Shown piece after piece: positions 27,687 through 37,454 of a DNA stretch of 64,000 nt. How positions within the stretch are numbered: the first letter of the stretch is position 1; each line of letters begins with the position of its first letter. Position numbers and translations under genes: made by a program. The DNA comes from an uncultured Actinomycetes bacterium. GTDB taxonomy: Bacteria > Actinomycetota > Acidimicrobiia > IMCC26256 > BP-133. Under the pieces are notes generated by a model. It searched no databases. It saw only the letters and a list, made by a program, of their open reading frames with translations, and had not been told where the DNA came from. Where the stretch lies: positions 55,914-119,913 of the forward strand of contig CAVRTC010000003.1 of the NCBI GenBank assembly GCA_963723985.1, in the 5' to 3' direction.

Positions 27687-27929
27687 ATGCGAGTGGTGAT
27701 CGACCGGCAGCGGTGCCAGGGCCACGGCCTCTGCTTCCTGTTCGGCTCCGACCTGTTCGGTCCCGACGAGGAGGGTCACGGCCGGCCCCTGCTCGACGAG
27801 GTCCCCCTAGACCGCCGGGCGGAGTGCGACCGGGTGGCCCAGAACTGCCCCGAGCGAGCCATACGCCTCATCGACGACGAAGTTTTCCGACCGGGAGAGA
27901 GGATCGGCGATGTCCGATACGACGACTGA
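27687..27929 (+). CDS. Ferredoxin (small [3Fe-4S]-type, P450 partner)
   Basis: MRVVIDRQRCQGHGLCFLFGSDLF..AQNCPERAI. In-frame ATG inside ORF 27276..27929. Overlaps the P450 start. Confidence 0.8.
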   Translation: MRVVIDRQRCQGHGLCFLFGSDLFGPDEEGHGRPLLDEVPLDRRAECDRVAQNCPERAIRLIDDEVFRPGERIGDVRYDD

Positions 27930-29163
27930 CCACATCGGGGTCTACGTGGGGGAAGACGACCCGGAGATCGTGAACTTCCACTACTCGAACCCCGAACTGC
28001 AGCAGGATCCGACTCCGTTGTACGAGCGGATCCGCCAGACCTGCCCGGTGGCGAAAAGCGAGCGGTTCGGCGGGTTCTGGATCCTGTCGAAGTACGACGA
28101 CGTCCAGAACGCCTACCACCAGCCGACCGTCTATTCCTCGCGGTCCGTGTCGATCCCCCCATTCTTCGGCAATGAGCGGCAGGCGATCCCGGTCGAGATC
28201 GACCCGCCCGACCACACGAAGTACCGGCAGATCCTGACCCCGCTCTTCACCCCCCAGCGCCTCAAGGCGATGGACGAGCCGATCCGGACCCACACCAATC
28301 TCCTCATCGACGCCTTCATCCACCGGGGCGAATGCGAGTACGTCAGCGAATTCGCCACGGCCCTGCCCACCCGGATCTTCCTCGAGTTGATGGGATGGCC
28401 GGTCGAGGACGCACCGATGTTCCTCGACTGGACGGTCAAGCTCATGCGGGGCGTGCCCGGCGACGACGAGGCCACCCGGCGGCTGCAGGAAGAGTCGGGC
28501 CTGCAGCTCTTCACCTACTTCGCCAGCGCGCTCGACGACCGGGAGGAACTCGGCCCGCCCGCGAGCGGCCCCGACGCCGATTTCATCGACTACCTTCGGG
28601 GCGCCTCCTTCGCCGGCGAGCGGCCGCTGACCCAGTTCGAGATCCTCGACATCATCTTCATCTTCCTGCTGGCCGGCCTGGACACCACCCAGGCGATTCT
28701 CGGCTACAGCACCGAGTTCCTGGCCACCCATCCCCACTACCGCCAGGACCTCCTCGACCACCCCGACGTGCTCGACTCGGCGATCGAAGAACTGCTGCGC
28801 TGGTTCGCCCCCGTGTTCCCCGGCCGGGTGCTGACCGAAGACGTCGCGGTCCGGGGCGTCCCGATGCAGGCCGAGGACCGGGTGCTCCTCCTCATGTCGG
28901 CGGCCAACCGCGATCCCGACGAGTTCGAACAGCCCGACCTCATCGACTTCCGGCGGCATCCCAACCGCCACCTGGCCTTCGGCGCCGGAGCGCACCGTTG
29001 CCTCGGCTCCCATCTCGCCCGGACCATGCTCCACATCGCCTTCGCGGAATGGCACCGTCGAATCCCCCACTACCGGGTAAAGACGGGAACCGAGGTGGTC
29101 CGCCACGCTTGCTCAATCCGCGGCGTCGATGAACTCCACCTCGAGTTCCCCGCTCCCACCTGA
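27910..29163 (+). CDS. Cytochrome P450
   Basis: Heme-binding loop FGAGAHRCLGSHLAR, ExxR (EELLRW), and I-helix LLAGLDTT. Confidence 0.92.
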   Translation: MSDTTTDHIGVYVGEDDPEIVNFHYSNPELQQDPTPLYERIRQTCPVAKSERFGGFWILSKYDDVQNAYHQPTVYSSRSVSIPPFFGNERQAIPVEIDPPDHTKYRQILTPLFTPQRLKAMDEPIRTHTNLLIDAFIHRGECEYVSEFATALPTRIFLELMGWPVEDAPMFLDWTVKLMRGVPGDDEATRRLQEESGLQLFTYFASALDDREELGPPASGPDADFIDYLRGASFAGERPLTQFEILDIIFIFLLAGLDTTQAILGYSTEFLATHPHYRQDLLDHPDVLDSAIEELLRWFAPVFPGRVLTEDVAVRGVPMQAEDRVLLLMSAANRDPDEFEQPDLIDFRRHPNRHLAFGAGAHRCLGSHLARTMLHIAFAEWHRRIPHYRVKTGTEVVRHACSIRGVDELHLEFPAPT

Positions 29164-29921
29164 TGGTCGAAGGTCAGGGGTGGGCGCCCCGGGCGCTCAT
29201 CGTCGGCGGGACCCGCGGCATCGGCCGGGCCACGGGGTTGCGGCTGGCCCGGTCGGGGTCGCCGCTGGCCATCGGGTACCGCCACGACGAGATGCGAGCC
29301 CGGGAGACGGCCCGGGAGATGACCGAGCTCGGTGCGTGCGCCGTGCTCGTCCGGGGGGACGTGGCGACCGAGGCAGCCCGGCTTGTCGACGAGGCCACCG
29401 CCGGGCTTGGCGGCCTGGATCTCGTAATCGTCACGGCCACGCCGGTCATCACCGGCCGCGTCCAGGGGATCAGCCTGGTCGAATTTCGGGCCGCCATGGA
29501 CACGGTCGTGTGGGGCTTTCATCAGACGGTGGTGGCGGCCCGGGCCCATCTCGCCCACGGTGGATCGGCGATCGCGGTCAGCAGCCTCGGGGCCTGGACG
29601 TACGCCAGCTACTACGGCGCTCTCGGCCCGGCCAAGGCGGCCCTGGAGAGCACCGTGCGGTATCTGGCCGCCGAACTGGGCCCCGAGGGCGTCCGGGTCA
29701 ACGCCGTGTCCCCCTGCCTCGTCGAGGACCACCAGCACCTCGTCGCCGAGGCGCCCGAGGTCACCCGGTTCAAGGAGGGGACGGCGAGGCGGACACCGCT
29801 GCGCCGCCTGGCCACCCCGGACGAGATCGCCGGCGCCGTCCTGGCCCTCGCCTCGCCCGCCTGCTCGTTCGTCACCGGCGAGGTCCTCAAGGTCGACGGT
29901 GGCTACAGCCTCATGGCTTAG
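29163..29921 (+). CDS. SDR-family oxidoreductase
   Basis: VGGTRGIGRA, YGALGPAKAAL (YxxxK), and C-terminal GEVLKVDGG. Confidence 0.85.
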   Translation: MVEGQGWAPRALIVGGTRGIGRATGLRLARSGSPLAIGYRHDEMRARETAREMTELGACAVLVRGDVATEAARLVDEATAGLGGLDLVIVTATPVITGRVQGISLVEFRAAMDTVVWGFHQTVVAARAHLAHGGSAIAVSSLGAWTYASYYGALGPAKAALESTVRYLAAELGPEGVRVNAVSPCLVEDHQHLVAEAPEVTRFKEGTARRTPLRRLATPDEIAGAVLALASPACSFVTGEVLKVDGGYSLMA

Positions 29922-29942
29922 TTTCGCGGAGGTTCCCTCGCC

Positions 29943-30452
29943 ATGACTGTGCACGAGCGGCCCTACGGCCGTTACTTCGAAGAGTTCGAGGTCGGCGACG
30001 TCTACCGTCACTGGCCGGGCAAGACGATCACCGAGGCCGACGACCACATCTTCTGCCTGATCACCATGAACCACCATCCGCTCCACCTCGACAATTACTA
30101 CGCCGAGCAGAGCCAGTTCGGGCGCAACGTCGTGGCCGGGCCGGTGGTCTACTCACTGGTGGTCGGCATGAGCATCCCCGACGTGAGCGGCAAGGCCCTC
30201 GCCAACCTGGAGACCGAGCAGCTCCTCCACCGGGCCCCCACCTTCCACGGCGACACCATCTACGCCGAGTCCAAGGTGCTCGACAAGGTCGAATCCAAGA
30301 GCAAGTCCGACCGGGGCATCGTGACCGTCGAGACCCGGGGCTACAACCAGCGCGGCGAAGAAGTCTGCTACTTCCGGCGCAAGGTGCTGATACCCATCAA
30401 GGCGGCGGCCAAGCCCTTCGAGCGCCCCTACTCGTCTCCCAACGGCGACTGA
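29943..30452 (+). CDS. MaoC-like (R)-specific enoyl-CoA hydratase/dehydratase
   Basis: Hot-dog fold pattern YFEEFEVGDVYRH..TITEADDHIFCLITMNHHPLHLD..FHGDTIYAES. Confidence 0.8.
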   Translation: MTVHERPYGRYFEEFEVGDVYRHWPGKTITEADDHIFCLITMNHHPLHLDNYYAEQSQFGRNVVAGPVVYSLVVGMSIPDVSGKALANLETEQLLHRAPTFHGDTIYAESKVLDKVESKSKSDRGIVTVETRGYNQRGEEVCYFRRKVLIPIKAAAKPFERPYSSPNGD

Positions 30453-33088
30453 CCCGGCTGCGGCAGAGGGCCGAGGGCGGCGGCCAGTTCCGTCCGGCTG
30501 GAGATGCCGAGCTTGTGGTAGACGCGCTGCAGGCGGTTCTCCACCGACCGCACGGTGACGAACAACTCGTCGGCGATGTCCTTGTTGGAATGCCCGGCGG
30601 CGGCCAACACCGCCGTCTCGTGCTCGGCCGGCGTGAGGCGAGCGCGGGACTCCACCGCGTGGAGGGCGGGGGTGACCGCCCCCTGGCACCGCTCGGCCAG
30701 GACGCCCGCCCGGACGCCGGCGTTGGCGGCCCGCTTGGGATTGCCGTCCCGCCGCCAGCACACCGCCGCTTCGGCGGCCGCTTCGGCGGCCAGCAGGGTG
30801 GCGCCCATCGTCTCGAAACTCGACGCCACTTCTTCGAGACCGGCGGGGTCGCGCCGGGCGGCGGCGGCGGCGAAGGCGGCCCGGGCGGGCACGAGGTCAC
30901 CTTCGATCTCGCCGGCCAGTTCGGTCAGGCGCCCGACCACTGACTTGGCCTCGCCCAGTCGGGCTACGCCGTGCAGAGCGGCCGCCTCACCGACCCGGTC
31001 GCCGATCCGCCGGCCGAGCGCCGCCGCCTCCCCGAGGCTACGGCGCGCCGCCCGGAGGTCGCCGGCGGCGGCTGTCGTCCACGCCCGAGCCTGCTGGAGG
31101 TCGACGGCCGAGTACATGGTGGCCGACAGCCCGAGGTCATCGACCGCCCGCAACGCCTCGTTCGCTTCCCGGGCCCGCCCCGCCAACGCCAGCGCCATGG
31201 CCACGTAGCCGAGCACCTCGTTGATGAACAGGGGCCGGCCGATCTTGCGGAACAGCGCCAAGGCTTCGCGACCGTGATGGAGCGCGACCTGGACGTGCCC
31301 CCGATCCGCCACCGTCCTCGCCAACCACCACGCCCCCCAGGCCTGCGCTTCGTCCGACCGGTCGGCAAGCGCCTGATGGTATTGGGCCAGGACCAGTGCC
31401 TCGGCCTCTTCGAACCGACCGGCGTGGGCCAGGGCCTCGCAACGGAAGAAGAGATGGACCCACGGATACCAGTCGAGCGGCTGGGTCAGCGCCTGATGGG
31501 CGGCGAAGCCGCGGCTGGTCGCCTCGTGAGCCTCGGCGAAACGACCCAGGCGGCCCAGGCTGTAGCCCGCGACCAGACAGCCCCAGGCCAGCGCCGGGCC
31601 CTCGGCCCGCTTGATGAGCGGGGCCGCCGCTTCGGCCCCGGCCCGGAAACCCTCGGCCGCCAGCAGCAGCGCCGAAGCCCGGGCCGTGACGGAATCGCGG
31701 AGCGCCGGATCCCGAATGGCCGCCTCGGCCTCCTCCGCCACCCGGCGCCCTTCGTCGAGGCGAACGAGGTACACGCCGAGGAGCTCGACACGCGCCACCG
31801 CCACGAGACTGCGCTGGAGGTCGTCGATGGCCTGCTCGGCCAGGCGGGCCAGATCCGCTTCGGCCTGCTCGTGGCGGCCCTGGAGGCTGGCCAGCTGGGC
31901 GATAAGGAGCGCTGCGTCGAACCCGGCCCCGGCGTCGATGGCCGCCCGCGCCAGCCGCTCGGCCAACGGGAAGTCGTACCGCCACCGCGCCATCGTGGCG
32001 CCGGCCAGCATAAGGTCGGGGCGGGCGCCGCCGCCATCCAGGCGCCAGGTGGCGAGCCGGAGGATGTCCTCGCGGCGGCGGGCCCCGGTGGCCTCGACCA
32101 CCCCCGCCAGCGAACCGGCCATGACCCGGCCCGTGATCGTCGGGATCCGGGCCCGGAGCACGTCCCCGTAGATCGGATGCGCCAGACGCACCTCCAGGCG
32201 CCGTCCCTGGCTGGCGCTGCGGATCAGACCTTTCCGTTCGAGGCCTTCGGCCACGGCGGCGTCGGCCAGCGCGTCGAGCTCGGCGGTCCCCAGCGGCTCG
32301 GCGAAGGACAAGAGCTCGAGCAGCCCCCGCTCTTCGGAGGTCAGGCTGCCGAGCCGGGCCTCGACGAGTTCGACGAGACGCTCGGAGGGGGCAAGGGGGC
32401 CGACGAGCCGCCAGATCCCGTCCTCGTCGCGCAGCACGCCGGTATGGACGGCACCCAGCACCAGTTCCCGAAGGAACAGGACGTTGCCCTGGCAGCGGTC
32501 GGCGAGCCGGGCGGCGGTGGCCGGATCCACCGGGCCGCCCAGCGCCGAAGTGAGGAGCTCTTCGATGGCCGGCGATTCGAGCCCCTCCAGTTCCACCCGC
32601 TCGGCCGGACCGTCCTTCCACAAGGCGACGATGGCGTCGGGAGCGGTCTCGCCGGAGCGCAGCGTGGCCACGACCGTGCAGGCGCCAGTGGCCACCAGCT
32701 GATGCACAAGCGTGGCCGACGCATCGTCGAGGAGATGGGCGTCGTCCACGAAGAGGACCAGCCGGCGACCCGAGGCCCGCTCGACGAGCGACGCCGCCGA
32801 ACGGCGGAGCAGGTCGGCCTTGTCGTCGACCGCTCCCGCCTCGCTCTGCACCGCGGGCAGGAGCGGCGCCAGCGCCCCAAAGGGAAGCCGCGAGGCGGAG
32901 CGGGTCGCGGTCACGCGAGCCGTGGACACCCCCGCCGCTTCGGCGAGTTTCAGGCATTCGAGCGCCAGGCGGGTCTTCCCTACCCCGAGCGGCCCAGCCA
33001 GCACCAGCCCGCCCTTCCCCAACGAGAGGAATCGGCGCATCTGGCGAACCTCACCGGCCCGGCCGACCAGCGGCCATTCCGTCTCCAT
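30428..33088 (-). CDS. LAL-type LuxR-family transcriptional regulator (AAA ATPase + TPR-like + HTH)
   Basis: Walker A LAGPLGVGKTRLA, Walker B LVLFVDDAH, and a C-terminal LuxR HTH LTPAEHETAVLAAAGHSNKDIADELFVTVRSVENRLQRVYHKLGI. Confidence 0.9.
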   Translation of the reverse strand: METEWPLVGRAGEVRQMRRFLSLGKGGLVLAGPLGVGKTRLALECLKLAEAAGVSTARVTATRSASRLPFGALAPLLPAVQSEAGAVDDKADLLRRSAASLVERASGRRLVLFVDDAHLLDDASATLVHQLVATGACTVVATLRSGETAPDAIVALWKDGPAERVELEGLESPAIEELLTSALGGPVDPATAARLADRCQGNVLFLRELVLGAVHTGVLRDEDGIWRLVGPLAPSERLVELVEARLGSLTSEERGLLELLSFAEPLGTAELDALADAAVAEGLERKGLIRSASQGRRLEVRLAHPIYGDVLRARIPTITGRVMAGSLAGVVEATGARRREDILRLATWRLDGGGARPDLMLAGATMARWRYDFPLAERLARAAIDAGAGFDAALLIAQLASLQGRHEQAEADLARLAEQAIDDLQRSLVAVARVELLGVYLVRLDEGRRVAEEAEAAIRDPALRDSVTARASALLLAAEGFRAGAEAAAPLIKRAEGPALAWGCLVAGYSLGRLGRFAEAHEATSRGFAAHQALTQPLDWYPWVHLFFRCEALAHAGRFEEAEALVLAQYHQALADRSDEAQAWGAWWLARTVADRGHVQVALHHGREALALFRKIGRPLFINEVLGYVAMALALAGRAREANEALRAVDDLGLSATMYSAVDLQQARAWTTAAAGDLRAARRSLGEAAALGRRIGDRVGEAAALHGVARLGEAKSVVGRLTELAGEIEGDLVPARAAFAAAAARRDPAGLEEVASSFETMGATLLAAEAAAEAAVCWRRDGNPKRAANAGVRAGVLAERCQGAVTPALHAVESRARLTPAEHETAVLAAAGHSNKDIADELFVTVRSVENRLQRVYHKLGISSRTELAAALGPLPQPGQSPLGDE

Positions 33089-33114
33089 CGGCCCATTCTG
33101 CAGCCGGTCGTTGT

Positions 33115-33158
33115 CGAGTGGTAGCCCTCGTCGGAGTTTGGTAGCCGCTACTCCTGAC
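33115..33158 (+). promoter_or_regulatory. Second copy of the bipartite element CGAGTGG-N11-GGAGTTTGGTAGCCGCTACTCCTGAC
   Basis: Lies in the 92-bp divergent region between the LuxR gene (33088) and the ABC/catabolic operon (33181). Confidence 0.55.
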
Positions 33159-33180
33159 CGAATGCGCTTCAGCGGGTTGA

Positions 33181-33941
33181 GTGGTCATGGTGGACGGTCT
33201 CGAGGTCAGCGGCGTGGTGGTCAGATTCGGAGATTCGGGCGCGCTCGACGGCGTATCCTTCGCCGTGCCACGGGGCGGATCACCGGACTGGTCGGGCCTG
33301 TGGGGGCCGGGAAGACAACGGCGTTCAACGTCGCCTGTGGCCTTCAGCTGGCCGACGCAGGCAGCGTCAGGCTGCGGGGAGCCGACATCAGCCACGAGAC
33401 CCCCGCCCGTCGCAGCCAGCTGGGGCTGGGCTGGCTCCATCACCGGACGGAGATCTTTCCGTCGGTCTCCGTCCGGGACAACGTCGCCCTGGCCGTCGAG
33501 TCGGCCTCCGCCGGCGCAGACGGCGCCCCCGCCGAGTGCGACTCGTTCACCGACGAGCTGCTCGAGGCGGTCGGGCTGGCCGCGACGGCCACTCGCCTGG
33601 CCGCCCAACTTCCGCTCCACCTCCGCCGCCGGCTGGAACTCGCCCGCGTGCTGGCCCGGCGCCCGAAGGTCCTCCTGCTCGACGACGCCACGGCCGGCCT
33701 CGACGGCCGGCAACGGGCGGCCTTCGGGCAGATCCTCGCCGACCTGAGGGCCGAACGCGGCACTGGCATTCTCCTGTTCGAACGGGATCCGGGCCTCACG
33801 TTCGAGCTGTGCGACTGGATCCACGCCATCGTCGCCGGCCGGCCGCTGCTCGACGGGCCCGCCGCCCAGGTCCGGTATTCCGATGCTCTGCATCGTGCCT
33901 ACCTGTCCGAGATCCCGACCGCCATTGGGAAAGGACCGTGA
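33181..33941 (+). CDS. ABC-type ATPase homolog with degenerate catalytic motifs (LivG/LivF-like); frameshift in G-run 33272-33275
   Basis: Walker A is intact (GPVGAGKTT). The signature is LPLHLRRRLELARVLA (not LSGGQ), Walker B is LLLDDATAG (no catalytic Glu) and the H-loop position reads ERD. The N-terminal 30 aa are in the adjacent frame. Confidence 0.75.
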
Positions 33942-35149
33942 TGCGTGAAGAGACCAACTGGCTGATCTCGGTCGACGACCACGTGATCGAGCCGCCCGGC
34001 GTCTGGCAGGACCGCGTCCCCCAGCGGTACCGGGACGCCGCGCCCCGCATCGTCCGGGACACCGCCGGAGAGGCCTGGCTGTACGAGGGGAAGCGGTTCC
34101 CCACCCTGGGGCTGGCGGCGGCAGCCGGGAAGAACAAGGAGGACTTCAGCCCGGCTCCGATGACGTACGAGGAGATGCGGCCGGGGTGCTACGACGCCAA
34201 GGCGCGCCTCGACGACATGGACCGCGACGGCGTGCTGGCCTCGTTGTGCTTCCCGTCGTTCCCGCGGTTCTGCGGGCAGACGTTCTACGAAGCCTCGGAC
34301 CGGGACCTCGGGCTGCTCTGCGTCCGGGCCTACAACGACTGGATGATCGACGAGTGGTCGGCCACGGTGCCGGGCCGGTTCATCCCCGCCATCATCCTGC
34401 CGCTGTGGGACCCGGTCGAGGGAGCCCGCGAGATCGAGCGGTGCGCCGCCAATGGCGCCAAGGCCGTGGTCTTCAGCGAGAACCCCGCTCCCCTCGGCCT
34501 GCCGTCGATCCACGACCCCAACCGGTTCTGGGATCCCGTCTTCGGCGCGGCGTCCGACACCGGGCTGCCGCTGTGCACCCACATCGGGTCGTCGTCGAAG
34601 CTGCCGGCCACTTCCGACGACAACCCGCTCATCATCACCTTGGCGCTCACTCCGATGAATGCCATCACCACCTGTGTCGACTGGCTCTTCAGCGGGAACT
34701 TCCTCCGCTTCCCGAATCTGAAGCTCTGCCTCTCCGAGGGCGGCATCGGCTGGATCCCATACGCGCTGGAGCGCTGCGACTACACCCTCGACCGGCAGGG
34801 TGCCTGGGCGGCCAAGGGCGACTTCTCCCTCGATCTCGCCGCCGGGACGATCGACGTCCGATCGGTGGAACGGCTGGAACTCGCAACCCCGAGCCAGCTG
34901 TTCCGCGATCACGTCTTCGGCTGCTTCATCGACGACATCACCGGCGTCGACAACCTGGACCGGATCGGGATCGACAACGTCATGATCGAGACCGACTACC
35001 CGCACACCGACTCCAGCTGGCCGAACTCGATTGCCACCGCCCGCAAGCGACTGGCGTCGCGCACCGAAGACGAGATCTACAAGATCTTCCAGGGCAACGC
35101 CAAGCGGGTCTTCTCCTTCGAGCCCGCACCGATCCCCGAACTCCGCTGA
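33941..35149 (+). CDS. Amidohydrolase-2 family protein (ACMSD-like metal-dependent hydrolase/decarboxylase)
   Basis: ISVDDHVIEPP..LCFPSFPRF..CTHIGSS..IETDYPHTDSSWP. The ATG overlaps the upstream TGA by 1 nt. Confidence 0.8.
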   Translation: MREETNWLISVDDHVIEPPGVWQDRVPQRYRDAAPRIVRDTAGEAWLYEGKRFPTLGLAAAAGKNKEDFSPAPMTYEEMRPGCYDAKARLDDMDRDGVLASLCFPSFPRFCGQTFYEASDRDLGLLCVRAYNDWMIDEWSATVPGRFIPAIILPLWDPVEGAREIERCAANGAKAVVFSENPAPLGLPSIHDPNRFWDPVFGAASDTGLPLCTHIGSSSKLPATSDDNPLIITLALTPMNAITTCVDWLFSGNFLRFPNLKLCLSEGGIGWIPYALERCDYTLDRQGAWAAKGDFSLDLAAGTIDVRSVERLELATPSQLFRDHVFGCFIDDITGVDNLDRIGIDNVMIETDYPHTDSSWPNSIATARKRLASRTEDEIYKIFQGNAKRVFSFEPAPIPELR

Positions 35150-36306
35150 TGGGCGAGAGCACCGACCTCGGCGACTTCACCGAAACCCTATCCCGATGGC
35201 TGGAGAAGGACGTCCGGCCCCAGGTCATCGAATTCGAACAGGCCGATCGGTATCCGACGGAGATGGTCGAACAGATGCGGACGTTCGGGCTCTTCGGCGC
35301 CACGATCCCCAGTGGCTACGGAGGTCTCGGGCTCGGTGCCGGACCCTACGCCGAGATCGTCTCGATGATCTCCGAGGTGTGGATGTCGCTGACCGGCGTC
35401 CTCAACTCCCACTTGATGATGGCGCACCTCGTCCACAAGTTCGGAACCGACGAGCAGCGCGACGAGTTCCTGCCGGCCATGGCTGCCGGCGACCTCCGGG
35501 GCGGGCTGGCGCTCACCGAACCGGACTGCGGGTCGGATCTCCAGGCCATCCGGACGTCGGCCCTCCGACAGGACGACAGCGGCTACGCCATCACGGGCGC
35601 GAAGACGTGGATCACCAATGCCGGTAATGGGAACTGCCTGGCGGTGTTGCTGAAGACCGATTCGGCGGCGGAACCCCGCCACCGCGGCATGTCGGTTTTT
35701 CTCGTCAAGAAGCAGACCGACGGCTATCAGGTGGGCCGCAAGCTCGGGAAGCTCGGGTACCGCGGCGTCGACACGGTCGAGGTCTTCTTCGACGGGATCG
35801 TGGTCCCCGCCGGCCGGCTCCTCGGCGCTGTCGAGGGGCAGGGCTTCGCCCAGGTGCAGGGGGGCCTCGAGCTGGGACGAATCAACGTCGCCGCCAGGGG
35901 GGTGGGCGTGGCCGACGCCGCCCTCCAGGCCGCCTTGCGCTACAGCGTCACCCGCCACACCATGGGCAAGCCGATCGGGCAGCACCAGGCGATCCAGCTG
36001 AAACTGGCCGACATGGCGTGCCGCGTGACGTCGGCCCGCCTGCTGGTGCGGGAAGCGGCGGCCGCTTTCGACGCGGGCCAACGCTGCGATCTGGAAGCGG
36101 GCATGGCCAAGCTCGTGGCGACAGAGGCGGCGCTGGAGAACGCCACCGAAGCGCTGAGGATCCACGGGGCGTACGGCTACTCGACCGAGGAGCACATCGA
36201 GCGGTACTACCGGGATGCGCCCCTGCTCTGCATCGGCGAGGGAACGAACGAGATCCAGCGCCTGGTCATCGCCCGCCAGCTGCTGGCCCGGACGGAACCG
36301 TCGTGA
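35149..36306 (+). CDS. Acyl-CoA dehydrogenase
   Basis: GLALTEPDCGSDL..TGAKTWITNAG..IHGAYGYSTEEHIERYYRDAPLLCIGEGTNEIQ. TGATG junction. Confidence 0.92.
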   Translation: MGESTDLGDFTETLSRWLEKDVRPQVIEFEQADRYPTEMVEQMRTFGLFGATIPSGYGGLGLGAGPYAEIVSMISEVWMSLTGVLNSHLMMAHLVHKFGTDEQRDEFLPAMAAGDLRGGLALTEPDCGSDLQAIRTSALRQDDSGYAITGAKTWITNAGNGNCLAVLLKTDSAAEPRHRGMSVFLVKKQTDGYQVGRKLGKLGYRGVDTVEVFFDGIVVPAGRLLGAVEGQGFAQVQGGLELGRINVAARGVGVADAALQAALRYSVTRHTMGKPIGQHQAIQLKLADMACRVTSARLLVREAAAAFDAGQRCDLEAGMAKLVATEAALENATEALRIHGAYGYSTEEHIERYYRDAPLLCIGEGTNEIQRLVIARQLLARTEPS

Positions 36307-37454
36307 GCCGGCAGATCCCGCGACCCGGGCCGCTCCACGGCATTCGCGTCGTCGACTTCACCACCAACATGGCGGGGCCGCTGGCCACCATGGTCCTCGG
36401 CGACCAGGGTGCCGACGTCGTCAAGGTCGAACCGCCCGCCGGTGACGTCGTCCGGGGCATCGGCACGATGTCGGCCGGCATGTCGGCCTACTTCGCCAAC
36501 CTGAACCGCTCGAAGCGGTCGATCGCGCTGGACCTGACCGATGCGGGCTCCCGGCCGGTCGTCGACGCGCTGCTCGATACGGCCGACATCATGGTGCACA
36601 GCTACCGGCCGGATGTGGCGCGGGCACTCGGCCTCGACGAGCGGCGGGTCCGCGACGGCCGGCCCCGGCTCGTCTACGGCGAGGTGGCCGGCTACGGCTC
36701 GGAGGGCCCCTCTGCCGGACGGCCCGCCTACGACCACGTCATCCAGGCGATGTCGGGCTTCGCCGCCCTGCAGACTCCACCAGGCAGCGGGGAGCCGACC
36801 CTCGTCCGACAGGGCGTCGTCGACAAGCTGACAGCCTACGCCACGGCCCAGGCGCTGGCCGCCGCCCTCGTCGAACGAACCCGGACGGGAGAGGGGCGGG
36901 CCGTCACGATCCGGATGCTCGACGTCGCCATCGCCGTGCTGTGGCCGGACGGGATGATGGACAAGACGATCCTCGCTCCGGAGCAGCCGCGACCGGCCAT
37001 CGACGGCAGCTTCCGGGCTACGCCGACCAAGGACGGGCACATCGTGCTGACCGTGGTCACCGGGCGGCAGCTCCAGCAGCTCCTCGTGGCCACCGGCGTC
37101 GAGGAGACCGGCGCCGGGCCGGAGACCGGGCCCCGAGGCCCGGGCGGGGAGAAGCTCCGGGAGGCGGTGGCCCGGCTGGCGACGATGACGACGGACGAAG
37201 CCGTGGACCGGCTGGCGGCCCACGAGGTTCCCGTCTCGGCCGTGGTGCGCCTGGAGGACCTCCATCGGCACCCCCAGGTCGTGGCCAATCGGAGCATCGA
37301 CGAATTTCCGCATCCGGTGCTAGGCCTGGTCCGCCAGGCGAATCCGGCCGTGCGGTTCGACGGCGAGCACGCCGGCGGTCTCCGGCCGGCGCCTCGCCTG
37401 GGAGAACACGACGAGGAGATCCGGCGCGAACTTCTTCGGGGGGTACGGCAATGA
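36303..37454 (+). CDS. CoA-transferase family III (CaiB/BaiF-like)
   Basis: LHGIRVVDFTTNMAGPLATMVLGDQGADVVKVEPP..YFANLNRSKRSIALDL. GTGA junction. Confidence 0.9.
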   Translation: MSRQIPRPGPLHGIRVVDFTTNMAGPLATMVLGDQGADVVKVEPPAGDVVRGIGTMSAGMSAYFANLNRSKRSIALDLTDAGSRPVVDALLDTADIMVHSYRPDVARALGLDERRVRDGRPRLVYGEVAGYGSEGPSAGRPAYDHVIQAMSGFAALQTPPGSGEPTLVRQGVVDKLTAYATAQALAAALVERTRTGEGRAVTIRMLDVAIAVLWPDGMMDKTILAPEQPRPAIDGSFRATPTKDGHIVLTVVTGRQLQQLLVATGVEETGAGPETGPRGPGGEKLREAVARLATMTTDEAVDRLAAHEVPVSAVVRLEDLHRHPQVVANRSIDEFPHPVLGLVRQANPAVRFDGEHAGGLRPAPRLGEHDEEIRRELLRGVRQ

